From the NCBI GenBank assembly GCA_900314865.1, contig OMWW01000004.1, forward strand, positions 1,749 through 65,748: a stretch of 64,000 nucleotides of DNA. Direction: 5' to 3'. The position numbers and the translations under genes are program-made. This stretch comes from an uncultured Erysipelotrichaceae bacterium (GTDB lineage Bacteria > Bacillota_I > Bacilli_A > RFN20 > CAG-826). A model generated the notes under the pieces. The model saw only the letters and a list, made by a program, of their open reading frames with translations, searched no databases and was not told where the DNA came from. This document shows positions 50,076 through 60,070 of the stretch, one piece after another; position 1 is the first letter of the stretch; each line of letters starts with the position of its first letter.

Positions 50076-53000
50076 ATGAAAAAAGGATTAATTTTCACAG
50101 CATTAATGTGCACTCTAACTATGGGGTTAGTTGCATGTGGCAATAATGCTAGTGATACACCTCAAGTCCCAGTAGCTACATTATCCAGTATCAAACTTAA
50201 TATTGATAATGTCGAAAAGACTTTTAAGGTTGGTGACACTTTTAGTTCTGCTGGATTAGTCGTTACTGCTAAATATAGCGATGGTAGCGAAAAAGCCGTT
50301 GAAGCAGGAAAATATAGTGTTTCCTCACCTGACATGAGTACCTCTGGTACTAAAGTGGTTACTGTCACATATGAAGGCAAAACCGCTCAATACAACATTA
50401 CTGTTGAACCTGCAGAAATTGTTGTTTCTATTACCAATAAGGAAGACTTCGAACCTGAATGGAGAGTTGGTGACAGTTCAAGAACACTCAAATTATCCGT
50501 TACTGGTGTCGTTGTTGACGCCGCTATTAGAAGTGGCGATTTAGTTATTTCTGCCTCTAATCCTGAAGTCGTCGGAATTGATGGAAGAGAAATTTCTGCT
50601 AAAGCTGCTGGAACCACAACCATTACCGCCACCTACAAGGGTGATGCAAGTGATAGTGTTGAAGTTACAGTCTTGCCAAAGAAATTGTTAAGTAAAGTTC
50701 TTAATCCTGTCGAAGAAGAAGAATATTTATTAGCAAGAGCAGATGGCAATAATCCTAATGCTTTGATGTATGTCAAAAACGACATGTCAAACACATTTTA
50801 TCTTGGATATGAAAGTGACAGAACGAAAGCACCTGTTTTAACTGTTAAAATTGATGAATCTGCTGAAGATTATAAATATGAATTAGTCTTTGATGCAGGT
50901 ACTGATAATGAACATAATATTGGCGCACTTTGTACTGCTAAAGGAAAATATGCTACAGGTTTTGTTGGCAACAAAATTAGTGGATTAGATGTTCCACAAA
51001 CATTCTGGAAAGTTGACGAATTAGGTCAATTATGGTGCAAAGTCCAAGACGATGGTGCGGATGTTGAATTATTACTTGGTGGAGCAGGAATTTATAACAC
51101 CACAAGCGCTGACTTACCAAGTAAAATTAAAAATCCAGCATTCATCTACACTGAAAACGCTGAAGAAAAACCTGCAACTGAAATTAACGTTTCTCCTGAA
51201 TCGTTAGAATTAGTTCCAGGACAAAACAAGAGATTAACCGTCTCATTATTACCTGCTGATACAACCGATACAGTTTCTTATATTCCAAGCAACACAGATG
51301 TTATTGAAGTTTCTGACGATGGCATTGTTACTGCCTTAACTGCTGGTGAAGCAGATATCCTTGTTAAGGCAAACGATGATGTTTCCAAAACAGTCCACGT
51401 TGTTGTTTCTGGTGAAGCAATCAAATTTGGTACTAGAGAAGCGCCATTAACTGTTGATGAAGTGTTAGCAGAAATCGTTAAATGTGCCGATGAAGGAGAT
51501 TCTTCTTCATACCCATTCTACGTTTCTGGTAAAGTTTCTTCTTCCACTTATAACACTGAGAAGAAAAACGCAACCATTACATTAAAAGGAACATCTGGCA
51601 ATTTAGAAGCCTATAGAGCAATTGGTGACGAGGGTATTGATGTATCTACCATCAAAGCCACTGATGAAATTTTAGTTGTTGGTTATTCTGATATTTATAA
51701 CAAAAAATTACAACTCGCTCCATTAGCTAATGCCGGAACAAAAGAATATGGTGATCCAACCGTTTTAAGCGTTGTTCCTGGTGAAGGTGGAGATGAACCA
51801 GAAGATTCTGAATATGGTTCTTTCGAGTCACCATTAACTCCAGAACAAGCCGTTGCTTTCTTAGACAAATATTTCCCAGATGGAAATACATCCTCAAAAG
51901 ATTTATATGTTGAAGGCGAAGTTTCTGAAGTTTCTTCACACGAAAAACCAAATATTTGGTTAAAGAGTTCTGATGGCGCAACCGCTAAATATTTTGAATC
52001 CTATATGTCAACCATGGCTGATGGTGTAGAAAAACCAGAAGTCGGTGATACAGTTATCATTAAAGGTAAAGCAAAAATCTATACTTCCGGTTCTAATAAA
52101 ACATATGAATTAACCAATGTTGGTCAAACCGATTATCCACAAGTCTTAACAGTCACTAAAGGCGAAGGTGGTGGCGGTGGAGAAGAAATCCCAGAACCAA
52201 CCTTAGTCAAAGGCACAATTGCCGAATTCTTGGCAGATACAGCTGGAAACGGCAAACAATTATATGAAGTTAAAGGCACAGTCTCTAAATGGGCAAACGA
52301 CAAGAGTGGTAACCCAAATCCAGACGGTACTAAATATGGTAACTTCTATATGACCGATGATTCCGGTGCTGAATTATATGTTTACGGCGCAACTTCCAAT
52401 GCTGAAAAATTAGCTTGGAATTCTACTTCTGGTGTTTACTCTTTCTCAAACCCACAAGACTTCTTAACTGGTGAATTAACCAAAGATATTAGAATTGGTT
52501 CTGTCGTTACAATGAAAGTCACTCGTTGTGACTACAAAACAACCTTAGAAGGTCAAGGTATCGTTACTGCTGTTGAAAACGAGGTTGTAGAATTAACCGG
52601 AATTAAATTCGACGTTGAAGGTGATTCAATCGATTTAATCGAAGGTAGAACAAAAGCTATTAAACTTCTTCCTCTTCCAGAATTTGCGGAATTACCAGAA
52701 GAAGATCCAACTTGGGAATCTAGCAATCCTGAAGTTGCGACCATTGCTGAAGGTAACAACGTTGGTGCTCTCATTACCGCTGTTAAAGAAGGTACAGCAA
52801 AGATTACTGCTAAATATAGCGATAAAATCAAAGCTGAAATTACAGTTAACGTTGTGAAAGATTCTGGTGAAGAACCTGCTTATGTCGATGCAACCATGAC
52901 TAAAGGCACTAACGCTTATGATGATGTCAAAGTTAATGGTAAGCCAGCTATCAAAGTCGGCAAAAGTTCGGCTGGTGGAGATATGACCATTACCGTTGGT

Positions 53001-53270
53001 GCTGGTGCAACCGAATTAGTGTTCTATGCCGCCGCGTGGAATGGTGTTACAGGCTTAGCACTCAATATTACAGGTGCAACAGTCAATCCAACATCAGTTG
53101 ATTTAACCGCCGATTCTGCAATTGCTGGTACTGCAACAGATTATGCTATCTCAGATGAATCACAATACAAATTTGTTATTGCTTTATCTAATATCACAGA
53201 AGAAACAGTTATTAAACTTGAAGGCTCTATTGCAAAGAGATTTGTCGTTTGGGGCGCTCAATACAAATAA
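50076..53270 (+). CDS. Large surface lipoprotein (1064 aa) with multiple Big_2/Ig-like domains
   Basis: Lipobox GLVACGN; recurrent Big_2 segments (for example VTALTAGEADILVKAND, KEGTAKITAKYSDK); Gly-rich linkers. Confidence 0.55.
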   Translation: MKKGLIFTALMCTLTMGLVACGNNASDTPQVPVATLSSIKLNIDNVEKTFKVGDTFSSAGLVVTAKYSDGSEKAVEAGKYSVSSPDMSTSGTKVVTVTYEGKTAQYNITVEPAEIVVSITNKEDFEPEWRVGDSSRTLKLSVTGVVVDAAIRSGDLVISASNPEVVGIDGREISAKAAGTTTITATYKGDASDSVEVTVLPKKLLSKVLNPVEEEEYLLARADGNNPNALMYVKNDMSNTFYLGYESDRTKAPVLTVKIDESAEDYKYELVFDAGTDNEHNIGALCTAKGKYATGFVGNKISGLDVPQTFWKVDELGQLWCKVQDDGADVELLLGGAGIYNTTSADLPSKIKNPAFIYTENAEEKPATEINVSPESLELVPGQNKRLTVSLLPADTTDTVSYIPSNTDVIEVSDDGIVTALTAGEADILVKANDDVSKTVHVVVSGEAIKFGTREAPLTVDEVLAEIVKCADEGDSSSYPFYVSGKVSSSTYNTEKKNATITLKGTSGNLEAYRAIGDEGIDVSTIKATDEILVVGYSDIYNKKLQLAPLANAGTKEYGDPTVLSVVPGEGGDEPEDSEYGSFESPLTPEQAVAFLDKYFPDGNTSSKDLYVEGEVSEVSSHEKPNIWLKSSDGATAKYFESYMSTMADGVEKPEVGDTVIIKGKAKIYTSGSNKTYELTNVGQTDYPQVLTVTKGEGGGGGEEIPEPTLVKGTIAEFLADTAGNGKQLYEVKGTVSKWANDKSGNPNPDGTKYGNFYMTDDSGAELYVYGATSNAEKLAWNSTSGVYSFSNPQDFLTGELTKDIRIGSVVTMKVTRCDYKTTLEGQGIVTAVENEVVELTGIKFDVEGDSIDLIEGRTKAIKLLPLPEFAELPEEDPTWESSNPEVATIAEGNNVGALITAVKEGTAKITAKYSDKIKAEITVNVVKDSGEEPAYVDATMTKGTNAYDDVKVNGKPAIKVGKSSAGGDMTITVGAGATELVFYAAAWNGVTGLALNITGATVNPTSVDLTADSAIAGTATDYAISDESQYKFVIALSNITEETVIKLEGSIAKRFVVWGAQYK

Positions 53271-53290
53271 TTGTTAATCACATCATATTA

Positions 53291-53316
53291 GGGGCGTGTT
53301 TACACGCTCCTTTTAT
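53291..53316 (+). terminator. Rho-independent terminator after the large lipoprotein gene
   Basis: GGGGCGTGT-tt-ACACGCTCC followed by TTTTATT. Confidence 0.55.
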
Positions 53317-53361
53317 TATGCGGTTGAAAATGATATCTTTTTAATATAGGTGGAAATAGAT

Positions 53362-53907
53362 ATGAAAGTATTAATCGTATACGCTGACGGGTTTGAAGAT
53401 GTTGAAGCTTTAGCGACTCGCGATGTTCTTATTAGAAGTGGCATTGAAGTCTTTGATGCCACAATAAATGAAAACGATGAAGTCTTATCATCACATAAAT
53501 TACATTTAAAGGGATTAAATCGACTCTCTAAGACGAATTTAGGCGATTTTAGTGCAATTATTCTTCCAGGAGGTTCTCGAGGCGTAAATAACCTTTTAAA
53601 TAGTTCTTTAGTACTATCCACTGTTAGATGGTTCTATGAACAAAACAAATTAGTGTGTGCGATATGCGCCGCCCCAATGGTGTTATCTAAGGCTGGACTA
53701 CTAAAAAATAAACGTTTCACTTGTTATCCAGGATGTGAAGTTGGATTAGATGGAATATACACTGGTGAAGAGGTAGTTGTGTTAGATAGAATGATTACCG
53801 CTAGAAGCATGTTATATAGTGTTCCATTTGGTCTAGCAATCATTGAAAAGCTAATTGGAAAAGAAGTAAAAGAAAGAATATATAAACAAATCGCTGGTTT
53901 GAAATAA
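53362..53907 (+). CDS. DJ-1/PfpI family protein (nucleophile elbow CAICAAP)
   Basis: MKVLIVYADGFEDVEALATRDVL...; the track start at 53350 is GTG; ATG 53362 has the RBS AGGTGGAAA. Confidence 0.7.
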   Translation: MKVLIVYADGFEDVEALATRDVLIRSGIEVFDATINENDEVLSSHKLHLKGLNRLSKTNLGDFSAIILPGGSRGVNNLLNSSLVLSTVRWFYEQNKLVCAICAAPMVLSKAGLLKNKRFTCYPGCEVGLDGIYTGEEVVVLDRMITARSMLYSVPFGLAIIEKLIGKEVKERIYKQIAGLK

Positions 53908-53914
53908 TTGATTA

Positions 53915-53957
53915 AGTACTCTTATTTGAAAAAAAGTAAGAGTATTTATTTTATTTT
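53915..53957 (+). terminator. Rho-independent terminator after the DJ-1 gene
   Basis: TACTCTTA-tttgaaaaaaag-TAAGAGTA then TTTATTTTATTTT. Confidence 0.5.
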
Positions 53958-53987
53958 GTTTTGAGATAAGTATAATTAATTTCATAA

Positions 53988-55478
53988 ATGAAAAAACAAC
54001 CATTCAATAATCAAAAGTATTTAAAGATTCAAAGAGAGAATATTTTAAAACGTATCTCCAAATTTGGAGATAAGCTTTACCTCGAATTCGGAGGAAAACT
54101 TTTTGATGACTATCACGCTTCTAGAGTGTTGCCTGGATTCATGAGTGATTCCAAATTACAAATGCTTTTGGGTATTAAAAATAAAGTGGAAATGGTGGTT
54201 GTGGTTAATGCGAATGACATTGCTTCAAATAAAGTAAGAAATGATACGCTTATCACTTATCAAGAAGAAGTTGAAAGATTAATTGATACTTATCGAGAAG
54301 TTGGTTTATATGTTTCTAGCGTTGTAATTTCTTTTTATGAAAGTGGGATGGTCGTGGATAACTTCATGAAGAAGTTAGAGAATAACGGATTAAATGTCTA
54401 CCGTCACTACAAGATTAACGGATATCCTCATAATATTCCTTTAATTGTTTCAGAAAACGGATTAGGCAAAAACGAATATATTAAAACTTCAAAACCATTA
54501 GTGGTTGTAACCGCTCCTGGACCAGGAAGTGGAAAGATGGCAACATGTTTAAGCCAGCTCTATCACGATAACCGTAACGGAATTAGAGCGGGATACGCAA
54601 AATATGAAACTTTCCCTGTTTGGAATTTGCCTTTAAATCATCCAGTCAATTTAGCGTATGAAGCCGCAACTGTGGATTTAAACGATGTAAATATGATTGA
54701 TCCATATCACTTAGAAAAATATGGAATTACTACTGTTAACTATAACCGTGATATCGAGGTGTTTCCTCTTTTGAAGAATATCTTCGAAGTAATTTATGGT
54801 GAATCGCCATATTTCTCACCAACTGATATGGGTGTCAATATGGTGGGATTTGCTATTGATGATGAAAAAGGAATCATTGAAGCGTGTAATCGTGAAATTA
54901 TTAGGCGTTATTATCAAACTGAGAAGAATGTCTATTTAGGAAGATTCAAAGATGAATGTATTGATAAGATGGATATCTTATTAAATAAAGCCGGATTATC
55001 ATTATCAAAACGTAAATGTGTTGCGGAATGTCTTAAAGAAGCGGAAATTAGTGGTGAACCAAGTATCACTATTGAGCTTCATAACGGAAAGCTCATTACT
55101 GGTCATAGAAGTGAACTATTTGGCGCAACCGCAGCCGCATTATTGAATGCGATTAAGTATTTAGCGAAGATTGATAAGAACATGTTCTTATTAATGCCAA
55201 TGGTGATTGAACCAATTAAGGAACTCAAAGTTAATTTCTTACATCGTAGTAACGCTAGATTACGTGGTGAAGAAGTTCTCTTAGCTTTATCAATTCAATC
55301 TAAAACCAATCCTCTTGCCGAATTAGCGTTAAAGCAACTTCCAAAATTAATTGCCACAGAAGCGCACTCTTCCACAATTCTATCTGAAGTTGATTTAGGA
55401 ACATTAACTCGTCTTGGCATTAGAGTCACTGAAGAACCTATTTCTTATAAGAAAAAGTTATACACAAACAATCAATAA
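53988..55478 (+). CDS. UPF0371/DUF1846 family conserved protein of unknown function
   Basis: N-terminus YLKIQRENILKRISKFGDKLYLEFGGKLFDD is characteristic of this family; 496 aa; TATAAT 11 nt upstream of the ATG and no SD (leaderless?). Confidence 0.65.
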   Translation: MKKQPFNNQKYLKIQRENILKRISKFGDKLYLEFGGKLFDDYHASRVLPGFMSDSKLQMLLGIKNKVEMVVVVNANDIASNKVRNDTLITYQEEVERLIDTYREVGLYVSSVVISFYESGMVVDNFMKKLENNGLNVYRHYKINGYPHNIPLIVSENGLGKNEYIKTSKPLVVVTAPGPGSGKMATCLSQLYHDNRNGIRAGYAKYETFPVWNLPLNHPVNLAYEAATVDLNDVNMIDPYHLEKYGITTVNYNRDIEVFPLLKNIFEVIYGESPYFSPTDMGVNMVGFAIDDEKGIIEACNREIIRRYYQTEKNVYLGRFKDECIDKMDILLNKAGLSLSKRKCVAECLKEAEISGEPSITIELHNGKLITGHRSELFGATAAALLNAIKYLAKIDKNMFLLMPMVIEPIKELKVNFLHRSNARLRGEEVLLALSIQSKTNPLAELALKQLPKLIATEAHSSTILSEVDLGTLTRLGIRVTEEPISYKKKLYTNNQ

Positions 55479-55510
55479 GTAGACTTAATTATTATTGGGT
55501 CTACTTTTTT
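55479..55510 (+). terminator. Rho-independent terminator
   Basis: GTAGAC-(14 nt)-GTCTAC followed by TTTTTTATT. Confidence 0.55.
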
Positions 55511-55574
55511 ATTGATATTATCCATAAATACTTTGTTTACTTATCAATATATTGATACAATTATTTTAGTATTC

Positions 55575-55660
55575 CAAACGGGGAGTAGCGAATCTATGAT
55601 TCCGTCAACACGATAGTAATATCCGGACCATAGACCGTTAAGGAGCAAGACCTTTGATTT
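55575..55660 (+). promoter_or_regulatory. Candidate yybP-ykoY (Mn2+) riboswitch in the 5' leader of the P-type ATPase gene
   Basis: Contains GGGGAGTAGCG (55580-55590), the most conserved block of the yybP-ykoY motif, plus a downstream GGACCATAG-type block. Flanking AACGG/CCGTT closing helix and internal GAATC/GATTC hairpin. Located 25-110 nt upstream of the start codon. Confidence 0.5.
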
Positions 55661-55683
55661 ACTTTTCCTAAGGAGTTATACGT

Positions 55684-58470
55684 ATGATTGATCAAAAAGA
55701 CATCGCATTTGAGACTGTTAAAGACTCAGATGTTTTATTAGCCCTTGAAAGTGATCCTGAAAAAGGTCTAACTAGTGAAGAAGCAAGCGCGAGACTTGCT
55801 AAATTCGGTCCAAACAAGCTTGAAGAAAAGAAAAAGAAGAGTTGGATAAGAATATTCTTTGAACAGATGGCTAATCCAATGATTTATGTTCTTTTTGGTG
55901 CGGTTGCTATCACTATTGGTGTTTCTATCTACGAAACCATTAAATGTGCGAACGCTGGTTGGATTAATAAAGGGGTTCCAGTTACTAATCCTTTTTTAGA
56001 TGTTGGTGACTGGCCTGATGTCATTATTATTCTTGCGGTTGTTATATTGAATTCTGTTATTGGGACGATTCAAGAAATTAAAGCCCAAACATCATTAGAT
56101 GCATTAAAACAATTATCATCTCCTGAAAGCACAGTTATTAGAGATGGTAAAAGATTTAAGGTTAAATCTAGTGAATTAGTGCTTGGTGATATCGTTGTTC
56201 TTGAAGAAGGAGACACGATTGGTGCGGATTTACGTTTAATTGAATCAGTTAACTTAAAATGTGATGAATCTTCCTTAACTGGTGAATCTGTTCCTGTAGA
56301 AAAAGATTGTTCTATTACTTTCTCTGAAAGCGTCGCTATCGGAGATAGAGTCAATATGGCGTATATGTCCACTCCTGTAAGCTATGGACGTGGTAAGGGC
56401 ATTGTTACTGGTACTGGTATGAAAACCGAGATTGGTAAGATTGCTACTGCCTTAGATACCGAAGAAGAGGAAGAAACTCCGCTTCAAAAAGTTTTATCTA
56501 AATTATCCAAATTCCTAGGATTATTAACATTAGCAATTGTTATTGCGGTTTTAATTGTGGAAGTGATTTGGATTTGCTCTAGAGGACATGCATCTAACGT
56601 TGAAAAATGGATTGATGCTGTTCTTGAATCTATCGCTTTAGCCGTTGCCGCAATTCCTGAAGGACTTGCTGCAGTTGTCACTATTGTTTTATCTATTGGC
56701 GTTCAAAGAATGGTTAAAGTTAATACAATTGTGAAAAAGCTTCCTTCTGTTGAGACTTTAGGCGCTGTTAGCATCGTTTGTTCCGACAAAACTGGCACAT
56801 TAACACAAAATAAGATGACAGTTTTAGAGGCTTATGTTGATGGAAAATACTTTAAAAGAGAAGAATTTAATAAAGATCATGAATGTGAAGATTTAAAACT
56901 TTTAGCAAGAGGCATGTCCCTTTGTAGTAACGCAACTGTGGACGAAGGACTATTTGGAGATCCTACTGAAATTGCTCTTGTAGTCTTTGCGAATGATTTT
57001 GAAATGCATAAAAAAGATTTAGAAAAAGAGACACCTCGTATCGATGAATTGCCTTTTGATTCAGTAAGAAAAATGATGTCCACAAAACATCATCATGAAA
57101 GTGGCGATATTATCTATACGAAAGGGGCTCTTGATTCTATCTTGGCCAATACTTCCTTTATCTTAGATAAAGGCAAAGAACGAAAAATTACTAAAGAAGA
57201 TATTGATAACATCTATAAGGTTAATAGCGAATTTTCTTTCAAAGCATTACGTGTTCTTGCTTTAGCGTATTCTAAAAAAGACAAGATCGATGAATCTGAA
57301 CTAGTGTTTGTTGGTTTAGTCGCAATGATTGATCCTGCTCGACCAGAAGCTAAACCTGCAGTTAAGAAATTTAAAGACGCTGGTATTACTACAATCATGA
57401 TTACTGGTGACCATAAAGACACTGCCTTTGCAATTGCTCATGAGCTCGGTATTGCTGAGAGTATGGATCAATGTGTAATGGGCAAGGAAATCGACAATTT
57501 AAGCGAGGAAGAATTACGTGAATTAGTGAAGAAAACTAGGGTTTTTGCTAGGGTTTCTCCTGAAAATAAGACTCAAATTGTTAAAGCTTTCAAGGCTAAT
57601 GGTCATATATGCGCTATGACGGGTGACGGAGTTAATGACGCTCCAAGTTTGAAGGCCGCAGATATCGGTATTGCAATGGGTATTACTGGCACCGATGTTG
57701 CTAAAGGTGCTGCTGATATGGTTCTAGCTGACGATAACTTTGCGTCCATTGAAAAGGCTGTTGAAGAAGGTCGTGGCATATTCACTAACATCAAGAAAAC
57801 AATCATCTTTCTTCTTTCTAGTAATATTGCTGAAGTCTTAGTTATGTTATTTATCATTTTGATCGGCTTTGAAACTCCTTTTATTGCCATTCACTTGTTA
57901 TGGATTAACTTAATTACTGATTCTCTTCCTGCAATCGCTCTAGGCATGGATCCTAAAGATGATGGAATCATGAAAGGAAAGCCACGCAATCCAGACGACA
58001 CAATCTTTGCTAATGGTGGTTTACGCGATACATTGATGCATGGAGCGTTTATCACAATTGCCGTTATCATCGCTTATTTAAGTGCTTTCTGGCTTAATGG
58101 ATACACAGATTACAATTCTATTGCTCATATTGCAGAAATTGATAAGAAAGTTCTTATTCAAGCACAAACAATGTCATTTACTGCTTTAGGATTTGCTGAA
58201 TTAATCCACATGGTTTGTATGAGTAGTGTTGAGCATTCAGCGTTTAAAGTGTTTAAGAACAAGAATTGGATGATGTTATTGGCATTTGTTCTTGGTGTTG
58301 GTTTACAATTCTTTGTTATTCTTACTCCAGGAGTGCAAAGCATCTTCTCAACCTCATCTTTAAACTACAAAGAATGGCTCATTACAGGTGCAGTTGCCTT
58401 TGTTCCATTACTTGCTCATGAAATTGAGGTTTTAATTAAACACATCGTTAGAAAATCTAAAGCGAAATAG
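55684..58470 (+). CDS. P-type ATPase, Ca2+ (Ca/Mn) transporting, type IIA-like
   Basis: DKTGTLT phosphorylation motif, TGDGVNDAPSL, 10 TM; 928 aa; RBS AAGGAG. Confidence 0.85.
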   Translation: MIDQKDIAFETVKDSDVLLALESDPEKGLTSEEASARLAKFGPNKLEEKKKKSWIRIFFEQMANPMIYVLFGAVAITIGVSIYETIKCANAGWINKGVPVTNPFLDVGDWPDVIIILAVVILNSVIGTIQEIKAQTSLDALKQLSSPESTVIRDGKRFKVKSSELVLGDIVVLEEGDTIGADLRLIESVNLKCDESSLTGESVPVEKDCSITFSESVAIGDRVNMAYMSTPVSYGRGKGIVTGTGMKTEIGKIATALDTEEEEETPLQKVLSKLSKFLGLLTLAIVIAVLIVEVIWICSRGHASNVEKWIDAVLESIALAVAAIPEGLAAVVTIVLSIGVQRMVKVNTIVKKLPSVETLGAVSIVCSDKTGTLTQNKMTVLEAYVDGKYFKREEFNKDHECEDLKLLARGMSLCSNATVDEGLFGDPTEIALVVFANDFEMHKKDLEKETPRIDELPFDSVRKMMSTKHHHESGDIIYTKGALDSILANTSFILDKGKERKITKEDIDNIYKVNSEFSFKALRVLALAYSKKDKIDESELVFVGLVAMIDPARPEAKPAVKKFKDAGITTIMITGDHKDTAFAIAHELGIAESMDQCVMGKEIDNLSEEELRELVKKTRVFARVSPENKTQIVKAFKANGHICAMTGDGVNDAPSLKAADIGIAMGITGTDVAKGAADMVLADDNFASIEKAVEEGRGIFTNIKKTIIFLLSSNIAEVLVMLFIILIGFETPFIAIHLLWINLITDSLPAIALGMDPKDDGIMKGKPRNPDDTIFANGGLRDTLMHGAFITIAVIIAYLSAFWLNGYTDYNSIAHIAEIDKKVLIQAQTMSFTALGFAELIHMVCMSSVEHSAFKVFKNKNWMMLLAFVLGVGLQFFVILTPGVQSIFSTSSLNYKEWLITGAVAFVPLLAHEIEVLIKHIVRKSKAK

Positions 58471-58541
58471 ATATTCTATTTATTAGTGAGAATTAATCTT
58501 GATTTAGAATTATAAATCATATATATTTATTCTCGCTAGTT

Positions 58542-58617
58542 GGTCCCTTAGCTCAGCTGGTAGAGCAACTGACTCTTAATCAGTGGGTCAAAGGTTCGAA
58601 TCCTTTAGGGATCACCA
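58542..58617 (+). tRNA. tRNA-Lys (anticodon CTT)
   Basis: Cloverleaf: acceptor GGTCCCT/AGGGATC, D-arm GCTC...GAGC, anticodon stem ACTGA/TCAGT with loop CTCTTAA, T-arm AAAGG-TTCGAAT-CCTTT, genomic CCA. Confidence 0.85.
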
Positions 58618-58630
58618 TCTTGAAAAAAAT

Positions 58631-58656
58631 GAGTCGAATAATTCGACTCTTTTTTA
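58631..58656 (+). terminator. Rho-independent terminator after the tRNA
   Basis: GAGTCGAAT-a-ATTCGACTC followed by TTTTTTAT. Confidence 0.65.
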
Positions 58657-58684
58657 TATTTTTATATTCACGTATTATAAATAT

Positions 58685-59581
58685 ATGAAAATAGGAAAGA
58701 CCGCTCTTAATTTATTAAATTACTTTATTAGAAAAGATATCAAAAAACGTCGTAAGCATTATCCTCCTCATTCTTTTAAAGAATGGATAAACATTCCTTA
58801 TATTGATGATGGAAATCCTTATCACACTTATGATGTCTATTTAGCTAATGAAGAAATTAGAAAAAGAGTGTGCATTATGTATATACATGGTGGTGCTTAT
58901 ATCTTAGGTGAACATCAAGATAATTATCCTTTTGCCTATTATTTATTAAATAAGGGATACGATTTTGTTTCGACTGATTATATTCCTAATGATGGAAATA
59001 GAAGCTCTTTAGAACTTGTTAAAGACGTCGTTAATAATGTTCTCCATGTTTTATCTCGTCTAAAGGAATATGACTTACAAGACGATAAGATAGTATTTGC
59101 TGGTGATTCAGCAGGTGGACATTTCGCTCTCCTTTTAGCGGAACTCTTCAAAAACAAAGAAGCCGCAAAAGAATTAGGGTTTGAACTACCTGAATTAGAT
59201 ATTAAAGCAGTTATATTATGTTGCCCTGTATATAATTTCAAAGATATGGGCAAAGGCATCATGTCTAAAGCAGGATTAAAAAGAATGTTAGGTCCTTCTT
59301 ATAATGATCCAGAGTTATTAATAAAATTAACACCTAGAACATATATTGATTCATTTAATTTGCCTATCTTTGTTTCGACGTGTACACATGATTTTATTAG
59401 ACCAGAGTCACTTCTTATTAATGAAGATTTAAAAGAGAGAAAGAATTATACATTTTTTGATCTCCAATGCGAAGACAAGAAAGTTGATCACGTACATAAC
59501 GTCGTTAAAACAAATTTAAAAGAATCTATCATAGTGAATGATGCAATTGTTGATTTTATTATTAAATATACGAGTAAGTAG
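58685..59581 (+). CDS. Alpha/beta hydrolase fold-3 esterase/lipase (HGG oxyanion motif, GDSAGG nucleophile)
   Basis: MYIHGGAYILGE and FAGDSAGGHFAL. The track ORF begins inside the tRNA; the realistic start is ATG 58685 directly after a TATAAA-type -10. Confidence 0.7.
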   Translation: MKIGKTALNLLNYFIRKDIKKRRKHYPPHSFKEWINIPYIDDGNPYHTYDVYLANEEIRKRVCIMYIHGGAYILGEHQDNYPFAYYLLNKGYDFVSTDYIPNDGNRSSLELVKDVVNNVLHVLSRLKEYDLQDDKIVFAGDSAGGHFALLLAELFKNKEAAKELGFELPELDIKAVILCCPVYNFKDMGKGIMSKAGLKRMLGPSYNDPELLIKLTPRTYIDSFNLPIFVSTCTHDFIRPESLLINEDLKERKNYTFFDLQCEDKKVDHVHNVVKTNLKESIIVNDAIVDFIIKYTSK

Positions 59582-59734
59582 AGTGATTGAATTTTAATTC
59601 AATAAGTAATAGAATACATACTTGTGATAAGAAAATTATCAAAATTGTTTTATTATCACAAAAGCGCTTCTTTTTAAGTGTTTCTAGGGTATTTAAGCGA
59701 GATTTGCTGATAAAATCCACACAATCTTAGGAGG

Positions 59735-60070
59735 TTGTTTATGAAGAGAATTGTCTATTTAGTACTAAAAAGCACATCTGATTCTATCCATGTTTTAGAA
59801 GAAATTAGAAATGATGGATATAATGCAACATTAATTTCCACCGAATCATTACGTCATGCGATTGATGACTTACCTGAAGAAAGGCATTTCTTTAATTTAA
59901 GACATGTTGAAGCTATCAAAAACAACGAAAGTATATTTTGTTTGTTTGTTGTTGATGAAGAAAAACTTGATCATTTAAAAGAAGTGGTGAGAAGAGACAC
60001 AAATAATTTTAAAAAGGTTAACGGATTTATGTTCTCTACTCCTATTGAGGATTTCGAAGGTTCAATTTAA
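59735..60070 (+). CDS. Small cytoplasmic protein (111 aa) translationally coupled to the antiporter gene; family uncertain (possibly a PII-like regulatory fold)
   Basis: RBS TAGGAGG; the stop overlaps the next start (TAATG); no TM. Confidence 0.35.
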   Translation: MFMKRIVYLVLKSTSDSIHVLEEIRNDGYNATLISTESLRHAIDDLPEERHFFNLRHVEAIKNNESIFCLFVVDEEKLDHLKEVVRRDTNNFKKVNGFMFSTPIEDFEGSI

